From Sminthopsis crassicaudata (Eukaryota), in the NCBI RefSeq assembly GCF_048593235.1, contig NC_133620.1:158536852-158600851 (forward strand): DNA of 64,000 nt, in the 5' to 3' direction. The translations under genes were made by a program, and so were the position numbers. Positions 37,121-49,395 of this stretch are shown piece by piece. Numbering within the stretch: the stretch's first letter is position 1; the number at the start of each line of letters is the position of its first letter. A model generated the notes under the pieces. That model searched no databases. It was not told where the DNA came from and worked only from the letters and a program-made list of their open reading frames with translations.

Positions 37121-39170
37121 ACTTCAAGGACAAATATGCTTTCCACCTTCGTATTCCATGTAATAGGCACGGGGATAAGGTATGGGTACCAGGGGTAATC
37201 CCAGGGTGATACCATTCACTTTGCTGAGTGTTGATTACACTCTGTACTTGTGCTGTGTGCCAGTTCATTGCTGGTTCCACATGGTAGAGGAAGGTCTATA
37301 GGACTTACATGGTGTCTGTGCCCTCTGGCTTAAAAGCAAGTAAAGCTTAACTTCTGAAAGTCCCTCTGGGGAACACTTTTCCTCGATGCTGGGCACGTAA
37401 AGGTATATGTGCTTTTGGGGAGTCTTTTTCTTTTAATTAGTGAGAAAGTGTAGGAGCAACGAGGTCAACCTAGGTAAACTGAAAGCTTCTGGGACATAAT
37501 ATGGTTGTTGCTTTTGAAGTATATTTATCAAGTTTAGTGAGTTCCATAAGCAGGAAAAGTCCACAGCTGGTGAGAGGTGGCGGCATTGCTAATTCAGGAA
37601 CCAAACAAACTATATGAATATAGATGCATGTGTGCTTTTGAATTTAAGCATGTCATGGTTAATAAAGAGAAGCTGGTAGAGGGCTGGAGTCATTGGTTCA
37701 GGTACTTTTTTCTGGGAAAAAACAAAAAAAAAGATTTTTTTTCTTTTTTGTAAAAGTGACAAAAGTGTGTGAAAATGGCACCACTAAAACTTGGTGTCTG
37801 CTGCTATGCAGCCACCTACTCATACAGCCTTCAGCCTAATTTTTAGAAGGTGTGTGTGGTTTTGAATGAATTTCCTCCTTGAATAGAAATTTAGACAACT
37901 TTGGAGAAAACTGAAATGACTTATTGTAAATATGCAAAAAAATCTCTAGTGGTAATAAAAGAGAAGAATCAGAATAAGTGACATACTACTAGAGTTGGAA
38001 TTTTCTGTTTATAAATAAAATTATTTCCAAAATTAAATTTGAAAGCTTGCACTACAAAATTGTGGGTGGAGATGTTCCCTTTTAAAACTCTGTTTTGCCA
38101 GAATTTAATTTTTGTTTGGCAAATTTCTCATCACTTGAAATGTCAATATTTGGTAACTTTTGGTCATACCAAAGAATAAGTTATGGCTGTTTCTTTCTAA
38201 GCTGTCTGCAATATTCCTTTTTTAAAATAATATAGAAGGGTCTATCTTAATTGTCTTGTACAATTGATACTTGGCAATGATACTTAGAAGAAAACACAGT
38301 TCTTTTTAGTAAAGAAAAAGTAGCTGGAATTGGCATGTTGAATTGAGCTCTTGAGCCATACTGGGAAGTTTTTAAATTTAAAAACAAAAAATTTTATACT
38401 AATTGGCTTGTGCAGTTTTTATATTGTCTGTAAATAACTAAGGTTGTTAATTACATTTTTAATCTTCCCCATCTTAGAACTTATCCATTTTTAGTATGTG
38501 GGGGAAAGTATATAGATTTATTTATTTTAGGGAAATATGCTTGTGAACCCCTACCTCTTCCACCTTCCCTATCTTTTGAACTCCTTTGTTAGTCATGTAA
38601 ATTCAAGACCTTTACTAATGAAATCTTTAGCAGAGGGATCCAAGGGATCTATGCTGTGATATTTAGCTCAAATAAAACGAGACAGCCAATTGTTATCTTG
38701 TCTTTTATATAAAAATATCTTTTTGGATCTGCACTAATGTTTTTACATCTCTCCAACATATCTACCGTAGGCACTTCATAGTCATACCAAGAAACCCAAT
38801 GTATTTTTGAGGATAGCCTAAAGAATGTGTTCAGGCTCCTTCTATCTTTTGTAGAATTGTTTTATTTCAAGCTGAGAAACCGTCAGGACCTGATATTATT
38901 CAACAATAGAAGTGTTTTATGATGTTTCCACATAAAGCATAAGGGTCCTAAGGTCTGAATACTTAGAACGTTCCTATGTATGTTAAAATTTATGCAGTCT
39001 TCTGTAATATCAGAAGTGTCTGAATATTGGAATCTACTACTTAATAAATTAACTACCTTGAAGGTAAAGTTGATAACAAACCTCATTAAGAGATTATCAG
39101 ATTTTTAAAAATTGTACAAAAACGCTATTTAAACTTGCTTTAATAAAAACAAAGTAAAGTAATATTTTAA
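37121..39170 (+). other. NHSL1: NHSL1 3'UTR (end approximate)
   Basis: Apparently repeat-free sequence after the stop codon. AATAAA at 38014, 38671 and 39142; PUM elements and miRNA seed matches present. Confidence 0.7.
39142..39147 (+). terminator. Probable distal poly(A) signal of NHSL1
   Basis: AATAAA with upstream TGTA (tgtacaaa) and downstream T-rich sequence, about 2 kb after the stop. Confidence 0.55.
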
Positions 39171-40017
39171 CATTTTCTTCCTATAATGTATTGATCATAA
39201 GATAGTGTGATAACGGGGCAAGTTGTATTTTATATACTCATCAGATGTTTTTCTTGAATGAAAAAGTGAGAACAACTGAGACCAGAAGGTTCCAGTGGGA
39301 GAAGGCAATTTAACAATGAGGATCCAGAAAAAGCCATAAACACTGGGCTGATAGGTGCTATACATGTGGTAAAGAACAAATAAAACATTATGTATAACAA
39401 ATGTAAGTAACATGGAAACATATAGCTGCACTTTGCTGCTTCTGCTGAGACAGAGGAATCTTCTACACGTATATAGAGAATTTTAGACAACAAGAACCTA
39501 GGTTTAATTTATGTTTTAAGTATGCTGAGAAGGCAGCAAAGTGTGGTGAATAGGGAACTGGGATCAGGGCTGGGAAAGCATAGGTTCCTACTTAATGATA
39601 CTGACTTTTTGATATTGGACAAGTAACAATCTTTACAATGTGCTGAGCAGGTTTTTTGTTTTGTTTTGTTTTGTTTTTTTGTGGCTGCAGAGAAGCTGTC
39701 CACCTACTTTGGTATAGTTTTATAAGCTGGGAATTCTCTGTACTTGTAAAATCACAAGTATAGTATCCTAGATATTCTAAGATCTTCTCTGTAGCATTGT
39801 AGCTACATCTGTAGCTAGCTTCCTGGGTTCTCCATTATCTTAAGGACATCAAACTTTTTTTGTTGTTTGATTTAGTGATATTAAAATGAGACAAAGACAA
39901 ATCTGACAACCCTCTCCTCCAGCATTAAGACCTTTTAAATGCCAAATAGTCCCAGATTGATCCTGTGGTTGTGAAAGATTCTTCACATTGAATTACAGAG
40001 AACAGAAAATCATAGGG

Positions 40018-40389
40018 TGTAACGAGCTGCCGTCTCCAGAAGCTGCTGGATCGCTCTCTGGGAAGAGATCTGCTGTGTCTACTCAAATCTCTCAGACAGA
40101 TTCTTCTTCCTGTAACGAACCGTTGTCTCCAGGCAGATTGCTGTTAACTCTTGTCCTTAGAAGTGACTTCCCTTCCTGCAGAGAGCCCCGTCAGGCCTGA
40201 TGTAATGCAGAGAGTCCTCTTCTTTCTCTGAGAGTCCTCTCTTTTATTCTCCCAGAGAATGGGCGTGGGATAATGCAAGGGCTTCTGAAGAACCACCCCA
40301 GCCAATAGCTTGCCCCCTCTATCAAGTCAACCTGAGTTCTACCTTGTAATTGTCCAGAAAACCTGAGTTCTCACTTAGTAATCCTAACA
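40018..40389 (-). mobile_element. Solo ERV LTR (372 bp) with a 6-bp TSD, probably class II (beta-like)
   Basis: TG...CA termini and perfect TSD ataggg at 40012-40017 and 40390-40395. CpGs retained. Minus-strand order is ATTGG, CCCACGCCC, AATAAAAG. Confidence 0.88.
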
Positions 40390-41974
40390 ATAGGGCTCTA
40401 CAAGAAAAGCTGAGAATAAATGACTATCTGACCTATCACTTGAATAATAGGGTAGACATCACTAACTCAGCAGTGCATCCTCTGATCTCTACCCTAACCA
40501 CTACTTTTAAAGAATAATTTGTTATTTCTTGCTTCTTACAATGACCTTTCAAGAGAGTAGTGCTCTATCATTCTCATTAATAGATAAGGAACCTGGTTCA
40601 AAAACTTTCAGTAACTTGTTAGTAGTCATTCTCTAGCAAGGGCTGGAAGTAGTATTCTTTCCCACATCCTCCCTGGCTCCACCCTTAGCTTTCTACCCTT
40701 GTGCCATTTTGGGTTTAGCATGGTATTTGAAATCTATCCCTTAGATTGGGGATGTTTTGGTGGGACTTATGCTAATCATCTGGACTCAAAGTATTAACTG
40801 ACATGATAAATTACAATGACAGGAAAAAAGGCAACACTGAGGATGCTTTTTTCCTCTCATCCCCAACTGCCTCTCACACATGTATAAACACAAACTCCTA
40901 TTCTCATCCATAGACAGTCTATTACTAAACACAGGGAGAAAATGCTTTGGATGATTTAAAGGTAATCACTGTCTATGTACCAGGAGTTCTGGAGATGAAT
41001 AACATAAGGGATTTATAAGATGTTTCACAGAAGATACAGGAAATCTTTCCTGTTTTACAGGGTAGAGGACTGTTTCAGCCAAAAATGAGAGAAGCATAAT
41101 ATTTGTGTTTATGTATGGATTCCATCTATATCTAGATATATCTAATATCTATAATACAACCTGGTAAGAAATTAAATCTATATTATAACCTATCTCATAA
41201 GCAAGACTATGGGCAAATGATGTTGCCCATCTCCTTGTTTTTTTTCCATATTCTCCATCAGTCCTTAATTATGGTATTTCTGCTTATACCTTATGCTGGA
41301 GACAGTTTCTTCCTTCACGTCTTATTCCTATTTGAAGAAAAAGGTAGAATTGATGAAAAAATTGAACTAAATCTATCCATGATCTGGTATGGAGATAAGC
41401 AAGATAGACTGAAAGAAGTGAGTCTCTATCGTATAAGGGATAAAGGGGACAGGTTTGGATAACCTGGAGAGATTGCTAGTACAGCTTTACAATCTTGTTC
41501 CTCAGGATATTTTTTGGAGCAGATCATTTTAAGAAGCTCAGAAATACCAGACAGCATTATTCATTACTTTTCAATATTAAATTTGATAACCTAAGTACTT
41601 AATAGGAAAAAATCTGTATTTTCCTGGTCTCTTGTATATAAACTTTATAGCATCTTACAATTTATTAGGAATAAATACTATTTTAAATTAGGATAGATGT
41701 GTGTGTGTGTATTTGTGATATATATGTAATACAAATATAATTTGTAATCTGTATATATGTTCACATTTATGTGTTTGTATATGCATATATACACACACAC
41801 ACATATACACATTATAAATATGTGAATATATATATACAGATTACAAATTGCCTATTAGAATTAGCTACATCCCAGGAATATCTGTGTTTATTCACTGGTA
41901 GCAATAAAAGGAATTATTCACTAGGGAATGAACTTTTAGACTACTTTTGGTAAATAAACTACTTATAATTCAGT

Positions 41975-42220
41975 TATCTGGTGCTTACTATGAGCCAGAT
42001 ATTATGCTAAGAGCTTTTTACAATTGTTATGCCATTTGATCCTCACAACACTTGGGAAGTAGGTGCTATTATGATACCCATTTTATAGATGAGAAAATAA
42101 ATTGAGGCAAACAGGTTAAATGACTGCCCAGGGTCATACAGCTAGTAAATATCTGAATCTGGATTTGAACTCAAGTATTTCTCAGTCCAGGCTCACTACT
42201 ATACCCATTGTGCTAGCCAA
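41975..42220 (-). mobile_element. MIR-related marsupial CORE-SINE
   Basis: cccattttatagatgag...tgactgcccagggtcatacagctagtaaat...ggatttgaactc. Confidence 0.75.
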
Positions 42221-43291
42221 TTGTAAAAATAGCTTTCCCTGTGGAGAGATCCAGCTTGATCCTTACACTGAATAATTATAGGAAGCATTAAATAATACAA
42301 ATTAAATAGAATACCTCTGGGAAATAAGGATTCGGGTTTTCAAACTGAAAATACTAACCTCAAAAGCTAGAAGTCATATTGAAATTATCATTTTATTATT
42401 AAAAGGAAATTGTATGATCAAAAACCTATAAGGATATATGGCTAAACTGAGTAAAAATGCAGTTTTAAGTCCATTACAGAAGCATATATCAATCATTTCT
42501 TCACATGATATGAAATGATTGAAATTTGTAACAGCAAACTAGAAAAAGATAAAATTTCTAGCAAGGTGCGGAAGTTAGGTGTGTTGCATTTGTTTGAATT
42601 CTTTACTATTCCCTTCTAAAAGTAATTCATGACTTTCTTTTTTTGTAAATTAAGAGTTATTAATAAATTTTTTGTTAATTGAGAAATTTTAAAGTAATTT
42701 AGGCATCCTTTGAAATAGAATACTTTGAGTTAAAAAAAAAAAAAAAGCAGGGCTAGAAATCACTAATTTAGGCCTATCTGAACCCAAAGTCCTGCAGAGG
42801 GTAGGTAGAAATGAGCTAACAATGGAATAGAGAACTGTTGTCCCCAGTGATGGGAAGTTAGGGAAGTTTAGGATATTAGTAAACTACTAAAAATTGAGAA
42901 CTTGGGATCTTCAGGGCTGATAGCTTGGCACTATCCACAGAGAGTAAAATCTTTAAGAAATACACTGGTGGAAGAGAGTTTGATATTACTCATGAAGGCA
43001 AGAATAGAAAAATACTAATATCAGGGAAAAAAAAAAGTTATCCACAGACATTTCCTTTGATCCTCAAGTGAAAAAGAAGCGACTTACCATTAAATAGATT
43101 AAGTGTTTTTAGCAGGAATTGTGAATTGCCAGGCTATTCTGAGGCATTCAAGATTGGAAAAGACACATAAGAAAACTCAGTTGATAGTATTTTTACATAG
43201 AAGAGACTACTAGATTAGCAATTTGTTTAACAAGTAGTATTGAGGTCTACATTAAGCAGAACTTAACTTTCACCCTTAGCATAATTTGTTT

Positions 43292-43490
43292 TTATTCATT
43301 TTCTTTGGGAGGTTCATTTTTCTTGATCAACCACACCTCATTGTGTCTATTAAGCAACTGAGAAGGACTGTTATAGCCTGCAGTATAGTAAACCTTTTCA
43401 TCAAAGACTTTTCCATCTTCCCTTAAAATGCTTGCTAATGTCAAGAGTTGTTCCTGGTTCTTTTGAGCACTAGAAAATCCATCAAAAGAC
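43292..43490 (-). CDS. HEBP2: Heme-binding protein 2 (SOUL), exon 4, stop TAA at 43294-43292
   Basis: cttcacag acceptor. Encodes (R)SFDGFSSAQKNQEQLLTLASILREDGKVFDEKVYYTAGYNSPSQLLNRHNEVWLIKKNEPPKENE*. Confidence 0.97.
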
Positions 43491-44249
43491 CTGTGAAGAA
43501 GAAAAATAAAAAACATGAATAATTTGAATACAACTACTTAGTTACAGCAGTCATATTCTCTTAGGTTTGGGGATTAACATAAGTGTTTAAAATTAAAGTT
43601 CAAAATTAGTAAATTCTTCCATGTCAACTAATTATTCACTCTTGTTCCCCCTGAAGAATCAAGAAAACTAGTAATGGGGGCACAGTTCCAAGAGAAGCAG
43701 CGTTCATCATTCCATATTCCAATATCTCTATATATGCAAACTGCAAAATCCAATGAACATCTGAAAAGCGCTTATTATATGCCAGGCACTGATGCTAGGT
43801 GTTAGGGATATCATGACAAAAATTAGCCAGTCCCTCTCCAAGGGAATTCATGCTGTAGTGAATAACATAATTTGGTTTTTTGTTGTTGTTTTTTTTTTAA
43901 TGTTTTCATTATCTACATCAAGCCTTTCCTTTAAAGAGATGCAGGGTAACTGAGTAGGAAAATGAAACAGATTTGGCAGTTGCTGTTTTTTCCTTCTTTT
44001 TCTGCAGAAGAGCGATGTTAAAAGACAGCTAGTGACAAGGGATATACATATGAAACACATTTACCCAACATTGAATTTAAGTACTTTTGGGAGTGGTTCT
44101 CCCGTTTTAAATAATAAATAAATAATAAAAGGAAGGTTAAAAAAAATAAGCTTATATTTCTAAGTTTCAAAATATATGGAAATCTGAGAAATAGAAATAT
44201 TCATATTAAACCAGTAAAATCATTTCCCTAAACTCAATGCTAATATGTT

Positions 44250-44646
44250 TTTGAAGTGGACCAATGACATCACTGAACTGGATTTAAGTGAGGCAGAATT
44301 ATACAAAGTAATTTTGTCAGCCTCACTCTCCTAGAGTCATAGAACTTCAGTGGCAAGACAAAAATCAGGATAATTGGCAATAGCCTGGGGTGCAGTGGAT
44401 GACCTTGGCATCTGATCATACTAAGCATTCCACAGCACTTGTTTCAGCTGCCTTCATGACCATTGGAAACAAACTGTTCTCAGCCCCATACTCCACCAGA
44501 GAAAGGCCTGTGGTTTACCTTTCTGCAAGACAGTTTATTGGGGTGTGGCCATTCCCCATGAGCCACAGGTGAGATTTGGGTGACTGAATGGACACCAAAG
44601 GTGGATAAGCAGTCCTTGAAAAAGGCTCAGCAAGCCCTCACACTCC
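44250..44646. mobile_element. RTE-derived marsupial SINE (WALLSI/RTESINE-like) in HEBP2 intron 3
   Basis: ggaccaatgacatcac...ggatttaagtgaggcaga...gagccacaggtgaga...ggacaccaaaggtgga; recognised from memory. Confidence 0.65.
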
Positions 44647-45849
44647 CTACCTCCCTTAGCATCCTATATATCCCTGATAATACATAAATATACTTCAGAT
44701 GAAAGAAATAAGAACTAGGGGAAATGTGGGTAAATGCAGTTAACTTTCTCAAGTGTTTATTGCCTTACATGTTTATGTCAAACAATTATTAGTTATGCAT
44801 AATAGAGTAGTAAATTTTGAAGGTAAAGAGAAATACTTAAATACCTAAAATATCTGTCAAAAAAAGTAACAATTAGGACCAAAAATGAGATCATGATTAG
44901 CTATATCTTAACCTGGAGAAATATGCATAGGGTTAAAACTATAAGGACAGAGATCATTTGCCTGTTTCTGCTCTTTCCTTCTAACCCCTCCAATTGTCCT
45001 TAGAGGCAATATTTGAGTGGAAAAGTCAGAGCACAGCTTTATAACTCTGTTCCAAGTTTTCAAATACACACAAGTTTAATATTAGATATTACTTTAGAGC
45101 AATTAAATATAATATGGTAATATGTAATAAAATAAAATGTTACCTTATTATACAAATATATATATATATATCAATCATACAGATATACTATGTGAGCTGA
45201 AAAAAATATTTTCAACTACAATTTCATTCCTGTGAGTTCATTTGAAAGTTGGAGAGTCACATTTCAGCTACTGAAAGCTAAATGTTACATTTGAAATATA
45301 AAATCAAGAGAATAAGAGTCAACTTTTTATAATATTTTCTAATATATAATTTAACTGGGCTGGGAAGAACTTTCTGTTCAAATCTCATCTCTAGGAAACC
45401 TTTTCTGATCCCTCAGCCAGAGATGAGAGATTACTTTTTGTTTTTTCAACTTTTGTTGCAGTTATCTTTATACTCACTAAATTGCAGCTATTTTTGAACG
45501 TAGGTTATCTAAACTATACTATTGGTCTTTGCAAAGCATTGACTGGAATCCTTTAGTTTTTCATTCCTCACAATACAAATTCATCATGATATACCTCACT
45601 GGTATCTACTTACTTTTGTCCTGAGGGTACCTATTCATAACAAGCTTCCTTCCCACAATATACCATTCCACACTCCAGGTTTTTTGGACCCAATCGGTCC
45701 TTTTTAGACTGCACTTTCTCCACCTTTATCTCATGGAATTCCCACTTTCTTTCTGAATACTCTTCACAATATGCTAACTCACTCCTGTATATCACGTTTC
45801 CTGATACCTATAACGGAGATACTATGCTCTTCCCTCCTGAAATTAATTT

Positions 45850-45995
45850 GTATATATTTTGTATTTAATTAAGAATGTATGTAAACCTCTCCTTCCTTCA
45901 CAGAATGTAAATTCCTTTTTAAACTCTGTATCTTCAACTTCTAGCACAGTACTTTGCACATAAAAGGTGTTTAATAAACATTTATTTGACTTGAT
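45850..45995 (+). mobile_element. LINE-2 3' end
   Basis: ctagcacagtactttgcacataaaaggtgtttaataaacattt. Confidence 0.7.
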
Positions 45996-46123
45996 TCTAA
46001 ATATAGAAGAAATGCCTATTTAAATATATTAGTCTTTTTTTCCTCATAAGTCTCAAGTTGCATCAGAACTATATCACACAAGTGAAATTATCAGTACAAA
46101 GAGCTAAATTACCTCCCACTTAC

Positions 46124-46304
46124 CGCACAAACACTGTCATTGCGGCTCTGTCTTCAATAAAGACATCTGACTCTGAAGGCTTGGGTGGATCAGATTGCTG
46201 TTCAGCAGGGATATATAAGGAAATGGTAATTGTAGACTGGCAAAATGGCCCTGAACCTGGTTCCACATAGCTTGTCACTGGGGTAGTCATCTTTATCTTT
46301 ATCT
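46124..46304 (-). CDS. HEBP2: HEBP2 exon 3 (181 nt)
   Basis: tgtcag acceptor, CG|gtaagt donor. Encodes (E)IKIKMTTPVTSYVEPGSGPFCQSTITISLYIPAEQQSDPPKPSESDVFIEDRAAMTVFV(R). Confidence 0.97.
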
Positions 46305-46474
46305 CTGACATAATTACAAATGGGAAGAGAGGAGAAAGAATGAGTTGACACTCTATTGTATTCTTCCATGTAGCTATTTTTCATCTTATTTGCTTATAGC
46401 TTTCTTAAATAGAATGATATTCCATACTTCTTGACAAACATGCAATTTTAAAGGAAACTTCCATCCTTAAATAT

Positions 46475-46476
<2 letters not shown>

Positions 46477-46524
<48 letters not shown>

Positions 46525-46532
46525 ACACACAC
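46477..46532. repeat. (CA)n microsatellite in HEBP2 intron 2
   Basis: Seen directly; one interruption. Confidence 0.95.
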
Positions 46533-47361
46533 AGAGTGATTTGCTCTATTTCCCATATTAAATGCTACTGGCAGTTGGGGTTATCAAATATATCAGATAA
46601 CCTTGAAACATGAAGAAGGAATAGATCAGATGGGTATTTTGAGGTACTTATAATGAATTCATTAAACAGAAATAGAGAAATAGAAAACAATGAGAAAAAC
46701 CTCTGAAGAAGCATTTTATAGTCATAGTCTTGATAGGAATAGGGTATTATCCCAATTTTGTTCTCACCTCTATGTTAAAGAGTTTTTATTCAACCAGCAT
46801 CCCTTCCCCCCATGTTCTGAAATACCTAGTGTAAGGTTACCTTCAACTACTGGCTTTCCCCCATTACCAAATAAGAGAAATGAATGAGGATATTCTGAAA
46901 AATTTACTCAGTTGCTTAGAATCACAGAGCTAGAGTTAGAGTAAAACTTAAAAGGTCATTCAGTCCAATCCTCTCATTTACAGATGAGGATATTTAATTT
47001 GAAGAGAACTGTATCTTGTTGGTTATTCTTTATTTTGCTGAACCAACTACATAGGATCATAGATTTACAAGTGGAAGTAATATTAGAGTCTATAAAATTA
47101 AAACAAAAAAAGAGGAAGAGAACAGCAGTTGAATTTTTTCTCCAGGAAAGCCTAACTAATAAGTATTTAAGATAAACTGTGAATCCGAGTCCTTCCTGTC
47201 TACCTTCAATTTTAACCGACAATATTGATGATGATTATTTTATCATATTCGACAGAAGTTGGGCCTATTCAAATAATTCCTTTTATATACTAAAACTGAA
47301 GACCATGTTAGACCTATTCCTGAGTCACCCTTTCATATGAATGTAACATGAACCATCTTAC

Positions 47362-47497
47362 CTTTCTCGTTTTTTCCTTGAATATAATTATGAAGTTTGG
47401 TGAAGCCAGCTTGGAGAGCTTCATCCCAGTCCATTGACTCAACCGAGGTACTGACCCATTTAGCAGGTTCATACTCCCGGGTTTCATAACTACCAGA
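47362..47497 (-). CDS. HEBP2: HEBP2 exon 2 (136 nt)
   Basis: tttcctttaag acceptor (uncommon AAG), G|gtaaga donor. Encodes SGSYETREYEPAKWVSTSVESMDWDEALQAGFTKLHNYIQGKNEK. Confidence 0.96.
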
Positions 47498-47899
47498 CTT
47501 AAAGGAAAGTGGGGAAAAAAAATAAAGAAGCTCCAACAACTCAAATTTAACAATAATGTTGGCCTACTTCTGAATCTGCTTAGAATTCACACTCTGGGTG
47601 CAAAAATAGAGACTAGACTGTTTTGTGTGTAACTTATAAATTCAAAGACCTATAATAATTTCCTGCAACCTATTGAGCAATATTTTTTTTTAACTTTTTT
47701 ACAGCATTTCCAAGATAAGGTTGATTTTAATTATTGTTTAGAAGAACAATGACTACGATATTTCTATAATAACTTCTTTACTAAAATTACTGGGACTTTT
47801 TGCTAAAATTATGAGATCAGGGAATTTTTGATTATATGTTGCAAATGACCCCAAAATAGTACTGTTTCTAAGCACTGGTCCCAGAGATCTTCCCAGCCT

Positions 47900-48860
47900 C
47901 TCAAGATGCTAATGTTCACTTGGCTATCAATCACTCGGGTTTGAAATCCGCCTCCCTCCCTCCCTCTGGGACAGGGTGTTCTAAGGGCTGGGAAGCGAGA
48001 ATGGGTTTCTGCTTCACCGCATCCCACCTACTGCTGCGGGGAAAACTGGCTTCCCATTCCAGGCCTTGCAGCCTGGGCATCCTGAGTCACTGCTTTCGTC
48101 CGCGCCCTGCCGCTCCCTCCGTCTGTAAAGTTGAAGTCAGTAACTACCTCCCGAGCTGCCTCCTCCAAGCTCTTCCAGTTGGGTGTCTCAGGGGCGGGGG
48201 CGTCTTCAGCAACTTCCTCCTCAGGGTCTGGGTCAGGCATCTCGGACACGGGCGTTGGAGTTAACTTTCGAAAAGATGCGTGGAAACTGGGACCAGGCCT
48301 GACTGAAAGGGAGGCCCAAGTAACTTGACCCACTTCCCCGCCCCTGCTCCCAGGGGGCCGCACCTAGGTCCGAGACTCCGCCCAGGCGGGTCCTCCTGCT
48401 TGCGTGCGGTCCCGAAGGTGCCCACGATCCACCCCCTTAGCGCGCTTGGGAACAGCCCTAGCCCTACAGTCCGGCCCGACTGAGATCTGGAGGACGAGCT
48501 AATGCCACGGATCAGCAGACGGGGCGCCTTCGAAGCGCACCTTTCCCCAATCCTCTCTCTCTCCGAGGCTCAGGTGACCGCCCAGGTAGCCCCAGGGCTG
48601 TTCTTGATGTCTCGGAGAGTTGGGGGAGGAGGAACCGCGACTCGTCCCTTTTCGTGGCCCACACTCACACTCTCCCAGGGCAGCAGCTGTGTATGCTGGG
48701 AACCGGGGCAGACCCCAACTCTCTTCTCCTCCTCCCCCCCCCCTGCAGCTGGAACAGAGTCTGGTCCCTAAAGGGAGGCGAGAGTGTAGCCGATCCGGAA
48801 AAACTGCGGGCCGGTTTTGCAGGTTTAGCTTTTTTTTTTTTCTCCCTACCATTATCAAGC
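47900..48860 (-). promoter_or_regulatory. CpG-island, TATA-less promoter of HEBP2
   Basis: Only strongly GC/CpG-rich noncoding stretch in the window. GC box ccccgcccc at 48336-48344 abuts an ETS motif (cacttcc); second GC box ctccgccc near 48376. Confidence 0.85.
48148..48240 (-). CDS. HEBP2: HEBP2 exon 1 coding part (93 nt)
   Basis: ATG at 48240 with G at -3, GAG|gtagtt donor. Encodes MPDPDPEEEVAEDAPAPETPNWKSLEEAARE. The four exons sum to 609 nt, i.e. 202 aa plus stop. Confidence 0.9.
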
Positions 48861-49169
48861 AATGATTAGAGAAGCTTCTGGAAACTTTAAAACCAATAGA
48901 AATGTGAGTTTCCATTTATCCTCTAGAATGTGACCTGGAACAACCTCTTCTGTCTACTTTAAACAGAGCTTTTATTCATTTACATTTAGAAATATGAGTT
49001 CAAAGATGCAGCATGAATAGAAGGAGAGTGCTCACCTTAAAACGGGGGAAATCTGAATTTAAAATCTGAGTTTAATATTTCGTCTAACTCTTAGTAGCTA
49101 TGTCATTCTGTCCAAGTTACTTAACCTCTTGGTGACTTAAGTTTAACTGTAAGAAAGGAGTTTTGAATA

Positions 49170-49395
49170 TTTTTTTTGGTTGTTGTTTATGGATCCTTTG
49201 GCCATCTGGTTAAACCTAAGACTTCTCAAGGTGATATCTTTAAATTCATAAAATAAAATACATAGGATTGCCATGAAAAACAATTATGTTAAAGTCACAC
49301 ATATGAGCATGCAAGTATATATCCACACATAAATGCACAGATACAAAGTTATACATATATATTTAAAGTTCCCAGACTCCAGCTTAGGACCCCTT
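49170..49395. mobile_element. hAT-Charlie family non-autonomous element remnant
   Basis: ataaaataaaatacataggatt motif and a cttaggacccct-type terminus. Confidence 0.5.

Noticed and set aside
48241-48363. Open in-frame 5' extension of HEBP2 from a GTG
   Set aside because: No ATG upstream of 48240. The extension runs through the GC boxes, probably upstream of the TSS, and open frames are common in CpG islands.
48499-48915. Several ORFs of 65-138 aa in the CpG island
   Set aside because: GC-rich sequence is poor in stop codons; no homology recognised.
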